Origin: a virus | Taxonomy: Duplodnaviria; Caudoviricetes | IMG/VR virus record: IMGVR_UViG_3300033076_000890 | Location: 1-61,981 of that record | Direction: 5' to 3' (one strand) | DNA: 61,981 bases | Shown here: in pieces, positions 49,201 to 56,528 of the stretch | Layout of the letters: every line of letters starts with the position of its first letter | Position numbering within the stretch: the stretch's first letter is position 1 | Made by a program: the position numbers and the translations under genes | The notes under the pieces: model-generated | What the model saw: only the letters and a program-made list of their open reading frames with translations | What the model was told of the DNA's origin: nothing | Database searches by the model: none

Positions 49201-51496
49201 TTCCTAATGTAAATGTATTTCGCTTGCTAAGTTCTTTAAATCTTACATCTGTTTGCAGTTGCTTCATTAAAGCGTTCGGGTTTTCAGCAGCTTCAAGCAA
49301 TGATTGCATTTTTAGAATATATTTGCGATCATCAAAACTAATAGGTGAACCAGACTTTGATGTTACTTGTAATACAGAATCTGGGTGATTTGTTAACCTA
49401 AAATTAGTTGTTTTTCCCTCTGGAGCTTCACCAGATGTTAACGCTTGCGTTGTTGCTAAACGAGGTGTTGCAAAGCCAAACAATGAAGAAGGAACACCTT
49501 GTTCTGCAAATAAAGCACCGAGTAACTGATGTGGAGTCATTTGTGTGCGCAATGGTTTTGCGTCACGTTTAATTTCTGCTTCAATGATGCGCTGTTCTGA
49601 AGCTCGCATATTACTGACTAATTCTGATCCAGCACCAGTAGAAACACCAACTGTGCGACCACTGTCGTATCCTTCTACTCCAGTGTCTCCATACATCATT
49701 TGTAAGGCTTGTGTTGTGTAATAGGGAGCAGCTTTTTTAGCAGCAGCAGCATTATTGTTATTTTGCTGATCTATTTGAGCTGCTTGCATGTCTTTTACGT
49801 AATCAGCCTCACGTCCAGAAAAATTTGGTTCTGTAATCTGACGCAATGTTGCAGCAATGTCAAACTGACCACCAAAACGTCTTGCAACAACATCATTTCC
49901 CATAGCTTCGTTAAAGCTAAAGGCTTTACCCATGTTGCGACGCTCATACATGTCGGCAACATCCATATAAATAGAATCAACTATATTTCTGCGCACGGTG
50001 TTAGATTCTGTCCAGTCTACTGATGAGACACCTTCTGGCTGAGGCATAGCCAATGGACCTAACACACTTGTTGCAATATCACGTGCAGTAACAAACGCTG
50101 GCGCACTACCACGTGACATACTAGTAAGAACTTTATTAGCAACACCGCTAAGAGATTTATTGATACCTGTATAAACAGCGTCAAATCGACGACTTCTTGT
50201 TCGTTCTGCACGGTCTTTTTGTGATCCAAATTTAGTGGCAAAAACAGAATTTTCGTCACTACTCATTGCATCCATTAATTCCGGAGATACATCATAAACA
50301 TCTTGAGGACGATAGTCTGGGTCTCCAGCTAATTTAAATAAATCAACTGCATCATTAAATGTTTGAGTACTATGTTTTGAACCCGGTTTAGATCCACGAT
50401 CAAAATAGTCTGCTATGGCAGCAAGTCCATCATTTAATAAACGCTTCTGTCCTTCAGTACGACCACTGCCTTGTAATTGATTATAGGTCTCTAGTATTTT
50501 GTACATAGGGCTATTGCGATCAGCATCAGTAGCACTATTGAACACTCGCCGAGCAGCTTCAGGTAAACTTACACCCGCAGTAATAGATGACCTTAATTTA
50601 CCAACCATAGTCATTGTTGAGATTTCATTACCTTGGAAAGATGATAACAATCCCTCACTATCTAAATTAGATGTAAATTTGCTTGACGTCGGTTCATTTT
50701 TAGCTGTATTAGCTCGTGTTTCAACATATTGTTGCGATGATGCTCCCGGAATGTAGTCTCTGCTAGGTGTAAATTTCTTTTCGCCCGGAGTAAACGGCTT
50801 ATCAAAATACTCAACAGCTTGCTTAAGGTTTCCGCTTTCGTCAAACATACTGCCAAATTCGATAGGTGTTTTTGGTTGAGGTGCTTCACCTTCTGTTGGC
50901 CTTGTTCCTTTTCCAAGCCATTGACCAAAAGATGGCGTTTGGCTTGGTGGCTGTGCTCTACTTTCTACATACTGAGTTCTAGCTTGTTCTAATTGTTGAC
51001 CAAATTGCCCAGCCTCTGGAGCATTTAATCTATTTTGTGCAGCACGATATTGTTCTTCTTCTTCTTGTGTTCGCCTTACTGGTACATCTAAATCATTTGA
51101 TTTTCCAGATCCGTACCTCTGTAAGAATGCACTGGCAATATTGCCAGCTTCACCTTTATATTCGCGCCCAATTTCCCCAGCACTAGTACTTAGGCCCGGC
51201 GCAAAAATTCCACTCTTTTCTGGTCTTACATCACGTATTGGTAAAGTTTCAGATGCAAACGACTTTGATAAATCACCTACATCTACAAGTGGTTTTTGTT
51301 GAGTTGTTCCTTCAAGGCGTTTATTGTAATCAGCCAATCTGGTTTTTAATTCGGAATCAGATCTAGCCTCTGCATCTTCAACTACTTGTTTTCCTTGTGT
51401 TGACACAGGTTTACGAGTTGTTTTAGTAGGTCGTACAACTTGACGACCACCTTTTTTTTCTTCGTCAACCATCATATTCATTAATGCAGAGGCCAT
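46265..51496 (-). CDS. large hypothetical protein (1743 aa; possible capsid cargo)
   Basis: Long ORF with AGGAG RBS; PEPT linker and coiled coil near the C-terminus; no catalytic motif recognised. Confidence 0.8.
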   Translation of the reverse strand: MASALMNMMVDEEKKGGRQVVRPTKTTRKPVSTQGKQVVEDAEARSDSELKTRLADYNKRLEGTTQQKPLVDVGDLSKSFASETLPIRDVRPEKSGIFAPGLSTSAGEIGREYKGEAGNIASAFLQRYGSGKSNDLDVPVRRTQEEEEQYRAAQNRLNAPEAGQFGQQLEQARTQYVESRAQPPSQTPSFGQWLGKGTRPTEGEAPQPKTPIEFGSMFDESGNLKQAVEYFDKPFTPGEKKFTPSRDYIPGASSQQYVETRANTAKNEPTSSKFTSNLDSEGLLSSFQGNEISTMTMVGKLRSSITAGVSLPEAARRVFNSATDADRNSPMYKILETYNQLQGSGRTEGQKRLLNDGLAAIADYFDRGSKPGSKHSTQTFNDAVDLFKLAGDPDYRPQDVYDVSPELMDAMSSDENSVFATKFGSQKDRAERTRSRRFDAVYTGINKSLSGVANKVLTSMSRGSAPAFVTARDIATSVLGPLAMPQPEGVSSVDWTESNTVRRNIVDSIYMDVADMYERRNMGKAFSFNEAMGNDVVARRFGGQFDIAATLRQITEPNFSGREADYVKDMQAAQIDQQNNNNAAAAKKAAPYYTTQALQMMYGDTGVEGYDSGRTVGVSTGAGSELVSNMRASEQRIIEAEIKRDAKPLRTQMTPHQLLGALFAEQGVPSSLFGFATPRLATTQALTSGEAPEGKTTNFRLTNHPDSVLQVTSKSGSPISFDDRKYILKMQSLLEAAENPNALMKQLQTDVRFKELSKRNTFTLGRTKNLDIVQNEYGDMARGARVVSGSQSSLETMADVVSDLKQLMRIPADENGVLYVDKAGAEMYDTAKAMQTRLKTNLDMYEKRGDEYVLTSSKASADFPSILTPDQYTNLRGALGQLNSLITSADDIRSQVGGIGVSTGFQLKADGTPDYMRPRQVTGSARLDQTLDMLDHWASGGSDINFKKLFSGINLVEGARQSTRSTVQLMPVDVNGRTINDKNLIKSYDVDPKTGTANVQQYQLKDGRYVPVIGEDGKPKTVRVRTNQQTERVGVSTVATQSASQGKYGLPANYIVSSFNQLHAELNTAFKNFPEAVDSFAKYVLFTGDQNVIDQLSNTGITQQELQRVVTDMSRRQGSALHSILEIARGRDFKPDSRAPGTMNGTSGPRSSESRLERDVVNKVDAGDRRAAEDIIIQNHKTKIQSAFATARNIYLQEGSGLDKEAQISRIVKTVLEDRTGDADITPELRPAFEQAVKDQVTSLVYDDKNNSRARMSFMDAVYGYAGDVVAKQAEAGNIKSAPSVSGAGVDIGEGKGRVADRKTSRKNLVSTAITDAINILNFAPDSRARASLRAARHPFTDGIVMAIENYEKATTTNAKNEALSDLVQRIARAKNAGITLPESDTALVRAGADMQGLNLRVEELNLSPADKRKLDILRKRAALREAKLKPKTTPEPTPEPTPEPAKPQPKATKSAVDLTKMSSADISTATRKIIRDIKTANSDLDNARTELQALRKVKPIKSKVDEHRQKIASAEENIRQLELQIGGLNDDKDKYVKAISAAKVREEQEAIAAAAKAGNRVRVKINNGLAITITNSDWHPGYLDILESANSVFNRNGKVMTKADAVKVLVKAGIPENQANGLLLEVGAGQSAGFNRGQLKDKKYAIVAQDKAKYAAMGGRIANSLFKSDTGLAEQRAAFTPSSKNAAPIATQKPVVSPAKPQSRADAMRASMRGAKGKGIGSAMTLWGLLKTTSDALDQRSK
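47160..47199. repeat. 12-bp tandem repeat encoding a TPEPTPEPTPEP linker
   Basis: (GTTGGTTCCGGA) x2 plus a degenerate copy. Confidence 0.8.
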
Positions 51497-51505
51497 ATAT
51501 TTCTC

Positions 51506-52168
51506 CTACTTTTTGACAGGAATGCCGAGGGCTTTAGTAATTGGTGCACGATTTGGACCAGCTTTAGCTGTAGATGTTTTTGCCGTTGGTCCCTTAGACA
51601 TAGCACCTTTTTTAGGTGGCATTACGGACTGAGCAGACGTTGCTTGTCCACGCTCGTTAAACATGCGTCCCTGACGTTGCCCGATAATCTGCTCGCGTGA
51701 ACCAATATTAGGTGATGGCGCACCTTGTGTACGTGTCTGGGACTTAGCTTTATTAATTTCCGCTTCATTTAATGTGAAGGCATCACTCATGGCAGTAACA
51801 GCGCCTAATCCTGCAGCAATTGCTCCACCTGTACGTCCAGCTCCACGCATACGTGATCGCATTGCATTGCGTCGCTGTTCAGCACGGAATTGATTTGTTT
51901 TACGTGTATTGAGCATCTGCTGGCGCATCTTGCCAGCCATATTAGCTTGGCGTTTATTTTCATCAGAAGAAACTGCCATTGCTTGTACTGCCGGAGAAGC
52001 TCCAGATCGAGCAACATTTTCTCCAGTAACACTACGACTAATGGTTGGGTCCATATTAAAACGTCTTCGAGTAAAACTCTTTGCCGATTTTGGCGCACGT
52101 TCCATTTGAGTTCCAGCTCGTCGCCCTTTTCGGAGAGCTGCATTTACTTGAGGTGGTCTTGCTGGCAT
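51506..52168 (-). CDS. basic low-complexity protein
   Basis: 220 aa R/K/A-rich; AGGAGG RBS. Confidence 0.75.
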   Translation of the reverse strand: MPARPPQVNAALRKGRRAGTQMERAPKSAKSFTRRRFNMDPTISRSVTGENVARSGASPAVQAMAVSSDENKRQANMAGKMRQQMLNTRKTNQFRAEQRRNAMRSRMRGAGRTGGAIAAGLGAVTAMSDAFTLNEAEINKAKSQTRTQGAPSPNIGSREQIIGQRQGRMFNERGQATSAQSVMPPKKGAMSKGPTAKTSTAKAGPNRAPITKALGIPVKK

Positions 52169-52178
52169 ATTATGCCTC

Positions 52179-52337
52179 CTACTTTACTTTACGTAAGCGT
52201 GGGTTTTTCCGCTTAGCCGTAACGGATGCTTTACGTGTTGATGCAGCAAGAATTGCACCTGCTGCTTTTTGGCTAATACCCTGTTTTGAAGCAATGGTGT
52301 TTTGCACAGCTTTAAAACCGGGATGCTTTTTTAACAA
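52179..52337 (-). CDS. small basic protein (52 aa, not in ORF track)
   Basis: KKHPGFKAVQNTIASKQGISQKAAGAILAASTRKASVTAKRKNPRLRKVK; TTG start assumed; fills the gap. Confidence 0.65.
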   Translation of the reverse strand: MLKKHPGFKAVQNTIASKQGISQKAAGAILAASTRKASVTAKRKNPRLRKVK

Positions 52338-52528
52338 CTGCAGGAAGCCTTTCCGCACTTAGGACATTTTTTGCCATTTCCATATTCTGCTTTTTCGTGC
52401 TTTGCTAACATTTTTGCTGACATACCTTTTTTACTGTATTCACGTTTTTCGGCAGCAGCCATAGATTTACTCATATTTTTATGGCCACCCATTTTGATGC
52501 CCATCATCTGACCCATTGTTTTTCTCAT
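52331..52528 (-). CDS. small basic protein with C-terminal CxxCxxxxCxC
   Basis: ATGA overlap with upstream gene; K/M-rich. Confidence 0.7.
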   Translation of the reverse strand: MRKTMGQMMGIKMGGHKNMSKSMAAAEKREYSKKGMSAKMLAKHEKAEYGNGKKCPKCGKASCSC

Positions 52529-52776
52529 TTGCAATTCCATGCCCTTAATGACTTATTGATCCGACTATTTGGATCATTAGCGGTTTTTGCAGACGTATTT
52601 TTAGCTTTCATGCCTGACATACGTGCACAAAAAGAGGCACGACGACCAGCGTCTGCCTTTGTTTTTGGGTTTGGTGCTGGAGGTTTTAAATTAGCTCCAG
52701 TCGTGCGTTTAAAATAAGCACGTCCTGCAGCATTCAGTCCTCCAGATGGATTTTGATACTTTTTTACAACTCCCAT
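52525..52776 (-). CDS. DUF6321-like small basic phage protein
   Basis: NPSGGLNAAGR...NLKPP...RRASFCARM...DPNSRINKSLRAWNC. Confidence 0.75.
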   Translation of the reverse strand: MGVVKKYQNPSGGLNAAGRAYFKRTTGANLKPPAPNPKTKADAGRRASFCARMSGMKAKNTSAKTANDPNSRINKSLRAWNCK

Positions 52777-52801
52777 GCGTACACCTCAATCCATTATACA
52801 T

Positions 52802-52830
52802 AAAAAAGACCCGCATATAGCGGGTCGTTT
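52802..52830 (-). terminator. intrinsic terminator after ssb, abutting a TATAAT
   Basis: - strand GACCCGC-TATAT-GCGGGTC-TTTTTT. Confidence 0.75.
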
Positions 52831-52832
52831 GC

Positions 52833-53222
52833 TTAGTCAGCAAATGGATCATCAATATCATCAACTTGTATCTTATTAGTTGATTTTTGATTTGACGGTG
52901 GTTGATCACTATCTTTGCGCGAGTCAAGTAATTGCCAATTGTCAATGATAATTTTTACTGTTTGTTGCTTAGCGCCTTCTTTGTTGACATATTGCTCTAG
53001 CTGAATTTTTCCAACAATGCCAATTAATCGTCCTTTTTGAGCGTATTCTGCAAGTGCATCACCCTGCTGTCCAAATGCCGTGCAACTAAAAAAGTCTGTT
53101 TCCTTTTCGCGCCCCTTGCGATCAACGGCTACTCGAATACTACACACAGACTTTCCATTTGGCGTCTGTCTTGACTCAGGATCAGCAACTAATCGCCCAA
53201 CGATTGTGCACTGATTAATCAT
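52833..53222 (-). CDS. ssb: single-stranded DNA-binding protein
   Basis: INQCTIVGRLVADPE...KGRLIGIVGKI; acidic DDIDDPF tail. Confidence 0.95.
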   Translation of the reverse strand: MINQCTIVGRLVADPESRQTPNGKSVCSIRVAVDRKGREKETDFFSCTAFGQQGDALAEYAQKGRLIGIVGKIQLEQYVNKEGAKQQTVKIIIDNWQLLDSRKDSDQPPSNQKSTNKIQVDDIDDPFAD

Positions 53223-53871
53223 TATTTCCACTCTCCTCTTTCATCCAATATTGTTTAAACGCTTTAGTTGTTACTGGAAGTACTTCTGTTAGCACGTTCC
53301 AGCAATCATTTGCAATTTCTCTGTGTTCTTGTTGCGTATCCGCCTCCATGCGCACATGACAATAATGCAACCAATCTCGCACAGTGCCTTTCATGTACAA
53401 ACGCGTACCAACACACAACGGTAACACCATTCTTGCAGACTCTAACGCAACGCCAGACTTAATTAAGTCATCATAAGCTCGCACAGCAACCAAAATTGGA
53501 GCAAGCGCTTTATTATCCATTTGAAATTGTGTTTCTTGATCCTCAAATTCAACACTTCCCTGCCTATTTGTGTTGCCTTTTCGCCTCATTTTCGGTAAAT
53601 CTAGCTCAATTTTACTGGCAACAGCGTACCTTTGACTGAATTCCTGAAAATGAAAGCTTCTGTGACGCAGAATTTGCGCTGAAACAGCTCTAGATGTGTA
53701 AATTTCCATCACAACATCCACCATTTGGAATACGGACCAGTGTCCTTTACGCATGCAGTATCGCAATAGTTTTTCAAATTCAGGATTATCTTCATTATCG
53801 GATGAAATCCGAGCTAAATGAATCATAAATTCTTCGGCGTCGGGTTGAATATATTTAAGTGTGGCTGCCAT
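53215..53871 (-). CDS. thyX: FAD-dependent thymidylate synthase
   Basis: RHRSFHFQEFSQRY motif, HWSVFQ, QQEHREIA; likely start MAATLKY with GGAGG. Confidence 0.95.
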   Translation of the reverse strand: MAATLKYIQPDAEEFMIHLARISSDNEDNPEFEKLLRYCMRKGHWSVFQMVDVVMEIYTSRAVSAQILRHRSFHFQEFSQRYAVASKIELDLPKMRRKGNTNRQGSVEFEDQETQFQMDNKALAPILVAVRAYDDLIKSGVALESARMVLPLCVGTRLYMKGTVRDWLHYCHVRMEADTQQEHREIANDCWNVLTEVLPVTTKAFKQYWMKEESGNND

Positions 53872-53881
53872 TTTTCCTCCA

Positions 53882-53962
53882 TGCCTCAGACGGGACTCGA
53901 ACCCGTACGTCTTGCGACAACGGATTTTAAGTCCGTCGTGTCTACCATTCCACCACCGAGGC
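53882..53962 (-). tRNA. tRNA-Leu (anticodon TAA)
   Basis: GCCTCGG...TGGTAGAC...ACGGA-CTTAAAA-TCCGT, long variable arm, GGTTCGAGTCC, CTGAGGC-A; CCA not encoded. Confidence 0.93.
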
Positions 53963-54072
53963 TGATGGCATATTGTATCACCATGTAATACATGATAGTA
54001 TACAAACAAGACGCGATGATAGTTTAAAAAGTCAGCCCATCATGCCTTAGAGACATTTAAACCGAGCGAATT

Positions 54073-54101
54073 AAAAGCCCCTTCACAGAGGGGCTTTTTT
54101 T
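54073..54101. terminator. bidirectional intrinsic terminator
   Basis: AAAAGCCCCT-TCACAG-AGGGGCTTTTTTT. Confidence 0.8.
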
Positions 54102-54357
54102 ATTTTACTGAGTGGTCACTATTTCGTTTGAATGACCTATTAGCGGATGGACTTTTAAGTATTAAGTTACTCATTGAGTTTGAGCCACCTTTAGATAGTG
54201 GTTTTTTATGATCAATATCTTTGCCTGAACGATCAATTCCTTTAGCATCCATAGCACGGCGAGCGCGTTGCCTATCCATTCGTAATGGATGTTCCCCTCG
54301 TGCTTTTTGCTGTTGGTATTCCTTTTTATATGGTCGAGCTTTATTTACGTATGGCAT
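54100..54357 (-). CDS. small HNH endonuclease
   Basis: KDIDHKKPLSKGGSN...NL......NRS. Confidence 0.85.
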   Translation of the reverse strand: MPYVNKARPYKKEYQQQKARGEHPLRMDRQRARRAMDAKGIDRSGKDIDHKKPLSKGGSNSMSNLILKSPSANRSFKRNSDHSVK

Positions 54358-54734
54358 TACTTCACCTCTGCTTCAGCTGTTATTTTTTTCTTTGTTCCAC
54401 CAAAGTACTCGTATGTACCCATAGTCTTCATGATTTCTACATTGAGTGTTGATGGAGACCTATCTGTTTTGACATGCACTAATCGTCGTCCGTATTTATC
54501 TGCTTTTTGCAACACTTGAATGCTAAATCGTTCGGCTGTATTTTGCCTTGAGTTGAACCATTCTTTTGCTGCTTCTGCAGCTGCCTTACCTGCTTCAGTG
54601 TTCTTCTCTGGTGTATCCACGCCAAAGAGACGACAGTGCTGATCCACAAGCCAAATACCAAAGCCGAGATCAATATCACAAACAAAGGTATCGCCATCGA
54701 TAAGTCGTTTGTATCGTATTCCATATTCATACAT
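54357..54734 (-). CDS. thermonuclease (SNase-like) family protein
   Basis: MYEY...IDGDT...DIDLGF...RLFGVDTPE...DKYGR; TATAAT lies 6 nt before the ATG at 54734. Confidence 0.88.
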   Translation of the reverse strand: MYEYGIRYKRLIDGDTFVCDIDLGFGIWLVDQHCRLFGVDTPEKNTEAGKAAAEAAKEWFNSRQNTAERFSIQVLQKADKYGRRLVHVKTDRSPSTLNVEIMKTMGTYEYFGGTKKKITAEAEVK

Positions 54735-54749
54735 AGATGCATTATAACC

Positions 54750-54780
54750 AAAAAAGACCAGCGTGGCTGACTGGTCTTTT
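54750..54780 (-). terminator. intrinsic terminator abutting a TATAAT
   Basis: - strand AAAAGACCAG-TCAGCCACG-CTGGTCTTTTTT. Confidence 0.7.
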
Positions 54781-54941
54781 CTGTTTGCAGAGTACGTGTA
54801 AGTCGGGCAGGGCCTGGAGTTTCCTGCTTTCATACATAAAGCTCACCTATCGGTGGCAAAAATATAATACCACCCTGCAGCAGAAAGAGTAAGAACTGCA
54901 GAGTGGTATTTCCCAGTGCGTTTTCATGCATGGGGAATCGG

Positions 54942-55160
54942 TTACTTCTTGATTTTTAGAAGGCTAGACACATTCTTTTTTGCTGCATCTGCTGCCATCT
55001 GTCGTTTGAGTGCAGCTGTTTCAGGGAAGTTTCTATTGACGCGGTATGAGTTGTTAGCGCTAATTTGTGCCTGTGATCCAAGAGTGTCAATTACGTCATT
55101 GCGCTTTGATTTTGGCGCACGAGCAATTGCATCTGCATAAGGGCGTTTATTCTGTGGCAT
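54942..55160 (-). CDS. small basic hypothetical protein
   Basis: 72 aa, GAGG RBS; TATAAT just after the tRNA-Asn 3' end. Confidence 0.65.
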   Translation of the reverse strand: MPQNKRPYADAIARAPKSKRNDVIDTLGSQAQISANNSYRVNRNFPETAALKRQMAADAAKKNVSSLLKIKK

Positions 55161-55196
55161 AACTTAACCTCACTAAACCATGGTTATGTGATTATA

Positions 55197-55268
55197 CTCC
55201 TACTGCTGGGATCGAACCAGCGACCATTCGGTTAACAGCCGAACGCTCTACCGCTGAGCTAAGTAGGA
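55197..55268 (-). tRNA. tRNA-Asn (anticodon GTT)
   Basis: TCCTACT-TAGCTCAGCGGTAGAGC-G-TTCGG-CTGTTAA-CCGAA...GGTTCGATCCC...AGTAGGA-G. Confidence 0.95.
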
Positions 55269-55275
55269 AAACAAA

Positions 55276-55719
55276 CTATTCTATTGCTCCTTTGAGCCAT
55301 TGGCTAACTCGATCTGCGAAAGGTACGTCAGGTAATGCGTTATCGCACTTCTCACGAACCAACTCTGATTCCGTTTGCTGACCTTCGACTGTATAGCTGT
55401 CAACATTTCCGGTGTCATCCGCAGAACGAACATGCACGGATAGTTGACGTCTCGTTGCTTTCTTGTTTTCATCATCATCCCCTTGCGCCAACCTTTGACT
55501 TAAGCGCATAACGTCAATGACGTTAACAGCACAGTCAGTATCTTTACTTACAGCATATGCAAGGAACCACATTGCTTTAAGGACATCGTCCTCGTATGCA
55601 GCCCCTTTCTTCTTACCTGCCCTAGCAAGATATGCAACAGCAGTAAATAGATACCTATCAAGGTTCCACGCGTCAGCTGCGTGTACTGGCTGTAATTCGC
55701 TTTCATTGTAATACGCCAT
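55276..55719 (-). CDS. DUF3310-like protein with C-terminal extension
   Basis: AVAYLARAGKK....EDDVLKAMWFL. Confidence 0.7.
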   Translation of the reverse strand: MAYYNESELQPVHAADAWNLDRYLFTAVAYLARAGKKKGAAYEDDVLKAMWFLAYAVSKDTDCAVNVIDVMRLSQRLAQGDDDENKKATRRQLSVHVRSADDTGNVDSYTVEGQQTESELVREKCDNALPDVPFADRVSQWLKGAIE

Positions 55720-56178
55720 CTATACCCCCGTAGATCCAAATCCACCAGCACCACGTGGAGTCTCATCAAACAACGAGCCATCTTTAAGCACTACTGGAGT
55801 ACAAAGTGATACAGGAGCTACAACAAGCTGCGCAATACGCATGCCGGGCACAAACGTAAATGTCTCATCGCTCATATTTTTGATGATGACCTTTACCTCA
55901 CCTGTGTAATCAGCATCCACTGTACCGGGGCTGTTAAGCACAACGATCCCGTGTTTGTAAGCCATACCGCTGCGAGTACGTACCTGAGCTTCATAACCAT
56001 CCTCCAACTTGATCTTCATACCAGTTGGAATCAACATGATCTGCCCCGGTCTAATAGTGACGTTGCGCTCAGCAATGTACTGCAGGTCTATTCCTGATGC
56101 TTTCGCTGTAGCGCGTTGTGGATTAAATAAATACTCGCAAGACCGAGCACCGCAATAAATAATTTCAAGGCTATCCAC
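55720..56178 (-). CDS. dut: trimeric dUTPase
   Basis: ASGIDL, RSGMA, GTVDADYTGE, RIAQLV, RGAGGFGSTG. Confidence 0.97.
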   Translation of the reverse strand: MDSLEIIYCGARSCEYLFNPQRATAKASGIDLQYIAERNVTIRPGQIMLIPTGMKIKLEDGYEAQVRTRSGMAYKHGIVVLNSPGTVDADYTGEVKVIIKNMSDETFTFVPGMRIAQLVVAPVSLCTPVVLKDGSLFDETPRGAGGFGSTGV

Positions 56179-56438
56179 TACTCCGCTGCTCCAGCATCAA
56201 ACGTAGTAACAATGCTATCCAGCGCCATCATCAAAAAATCAATTACAAACCGAGCTGGAATTTTTACACCGTCATTGCGCAAATTAGCACAATACTGAGC
56301 AGCCTCTACAAGCGACAGCCCAGTCTGGTACTCAGGAACATTGCCGTCATCCTTGCGCTTCACAGTAACCGAATACCCATGCTTAGCACTTTGCTGCACA
56401 GTTACTTCACTGTCATTACCCTGCGTTAATAAAAACAT
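56178..56438 (-). CDS. hypothetical protein
   Basis: 86 aa, GAGGTG RBS; first gene of the - strand arm. Confidence 0.75.
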   Translation of the reverse strand: MFLLTQGNDSEVTVQQSAKHGYSVTVKRKDDGNVPEYQTGLSLVEAAQYCANLRNDGVKIPARFVIDFLMMALDSIVTTFDAGAAE

Positions 56439-56492
56439 AGCACACCTCTATATATGTATAACATATGGTACCACAATTGTATGGATCCTAAT

Positions 56493-56528
56493 TTCTCCGT
56501 TGGGAGAAGATGTTCTCCGATGGGAGAA
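56493..56528. promoter_or_regulatory. tandem palindromic operator pair
   Basis: TTCTCC-GTTG-GGAGAA and TTCTCC-GATG-GGAGAA, 20 bp apart, upstream of a - strand TGnTACCAT. Confidence 0.6.

Noticed and set aside
8911-52362. Many short + strand and alternate-frame ORFs inside the - strand arm
   Set aside because: Shadow ORFs of long genes; no RBS or recognisable motifs
53872-54009. N-terminal extension of ThyX in the ORF track
   Set aside because: It reads through the tRNA-Leu gene; the likely start has GGAGG at 53871
54735-54833. N-terminal extension of the thermonuclease
   Set aside because: It spans a terminator and a -10 box; the family normally starts at MYEY
56493-56528. Mini-CRISPR array
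   Set aside because: Only two 16-bp units separated by 4 nt; no spacers and no cas genes
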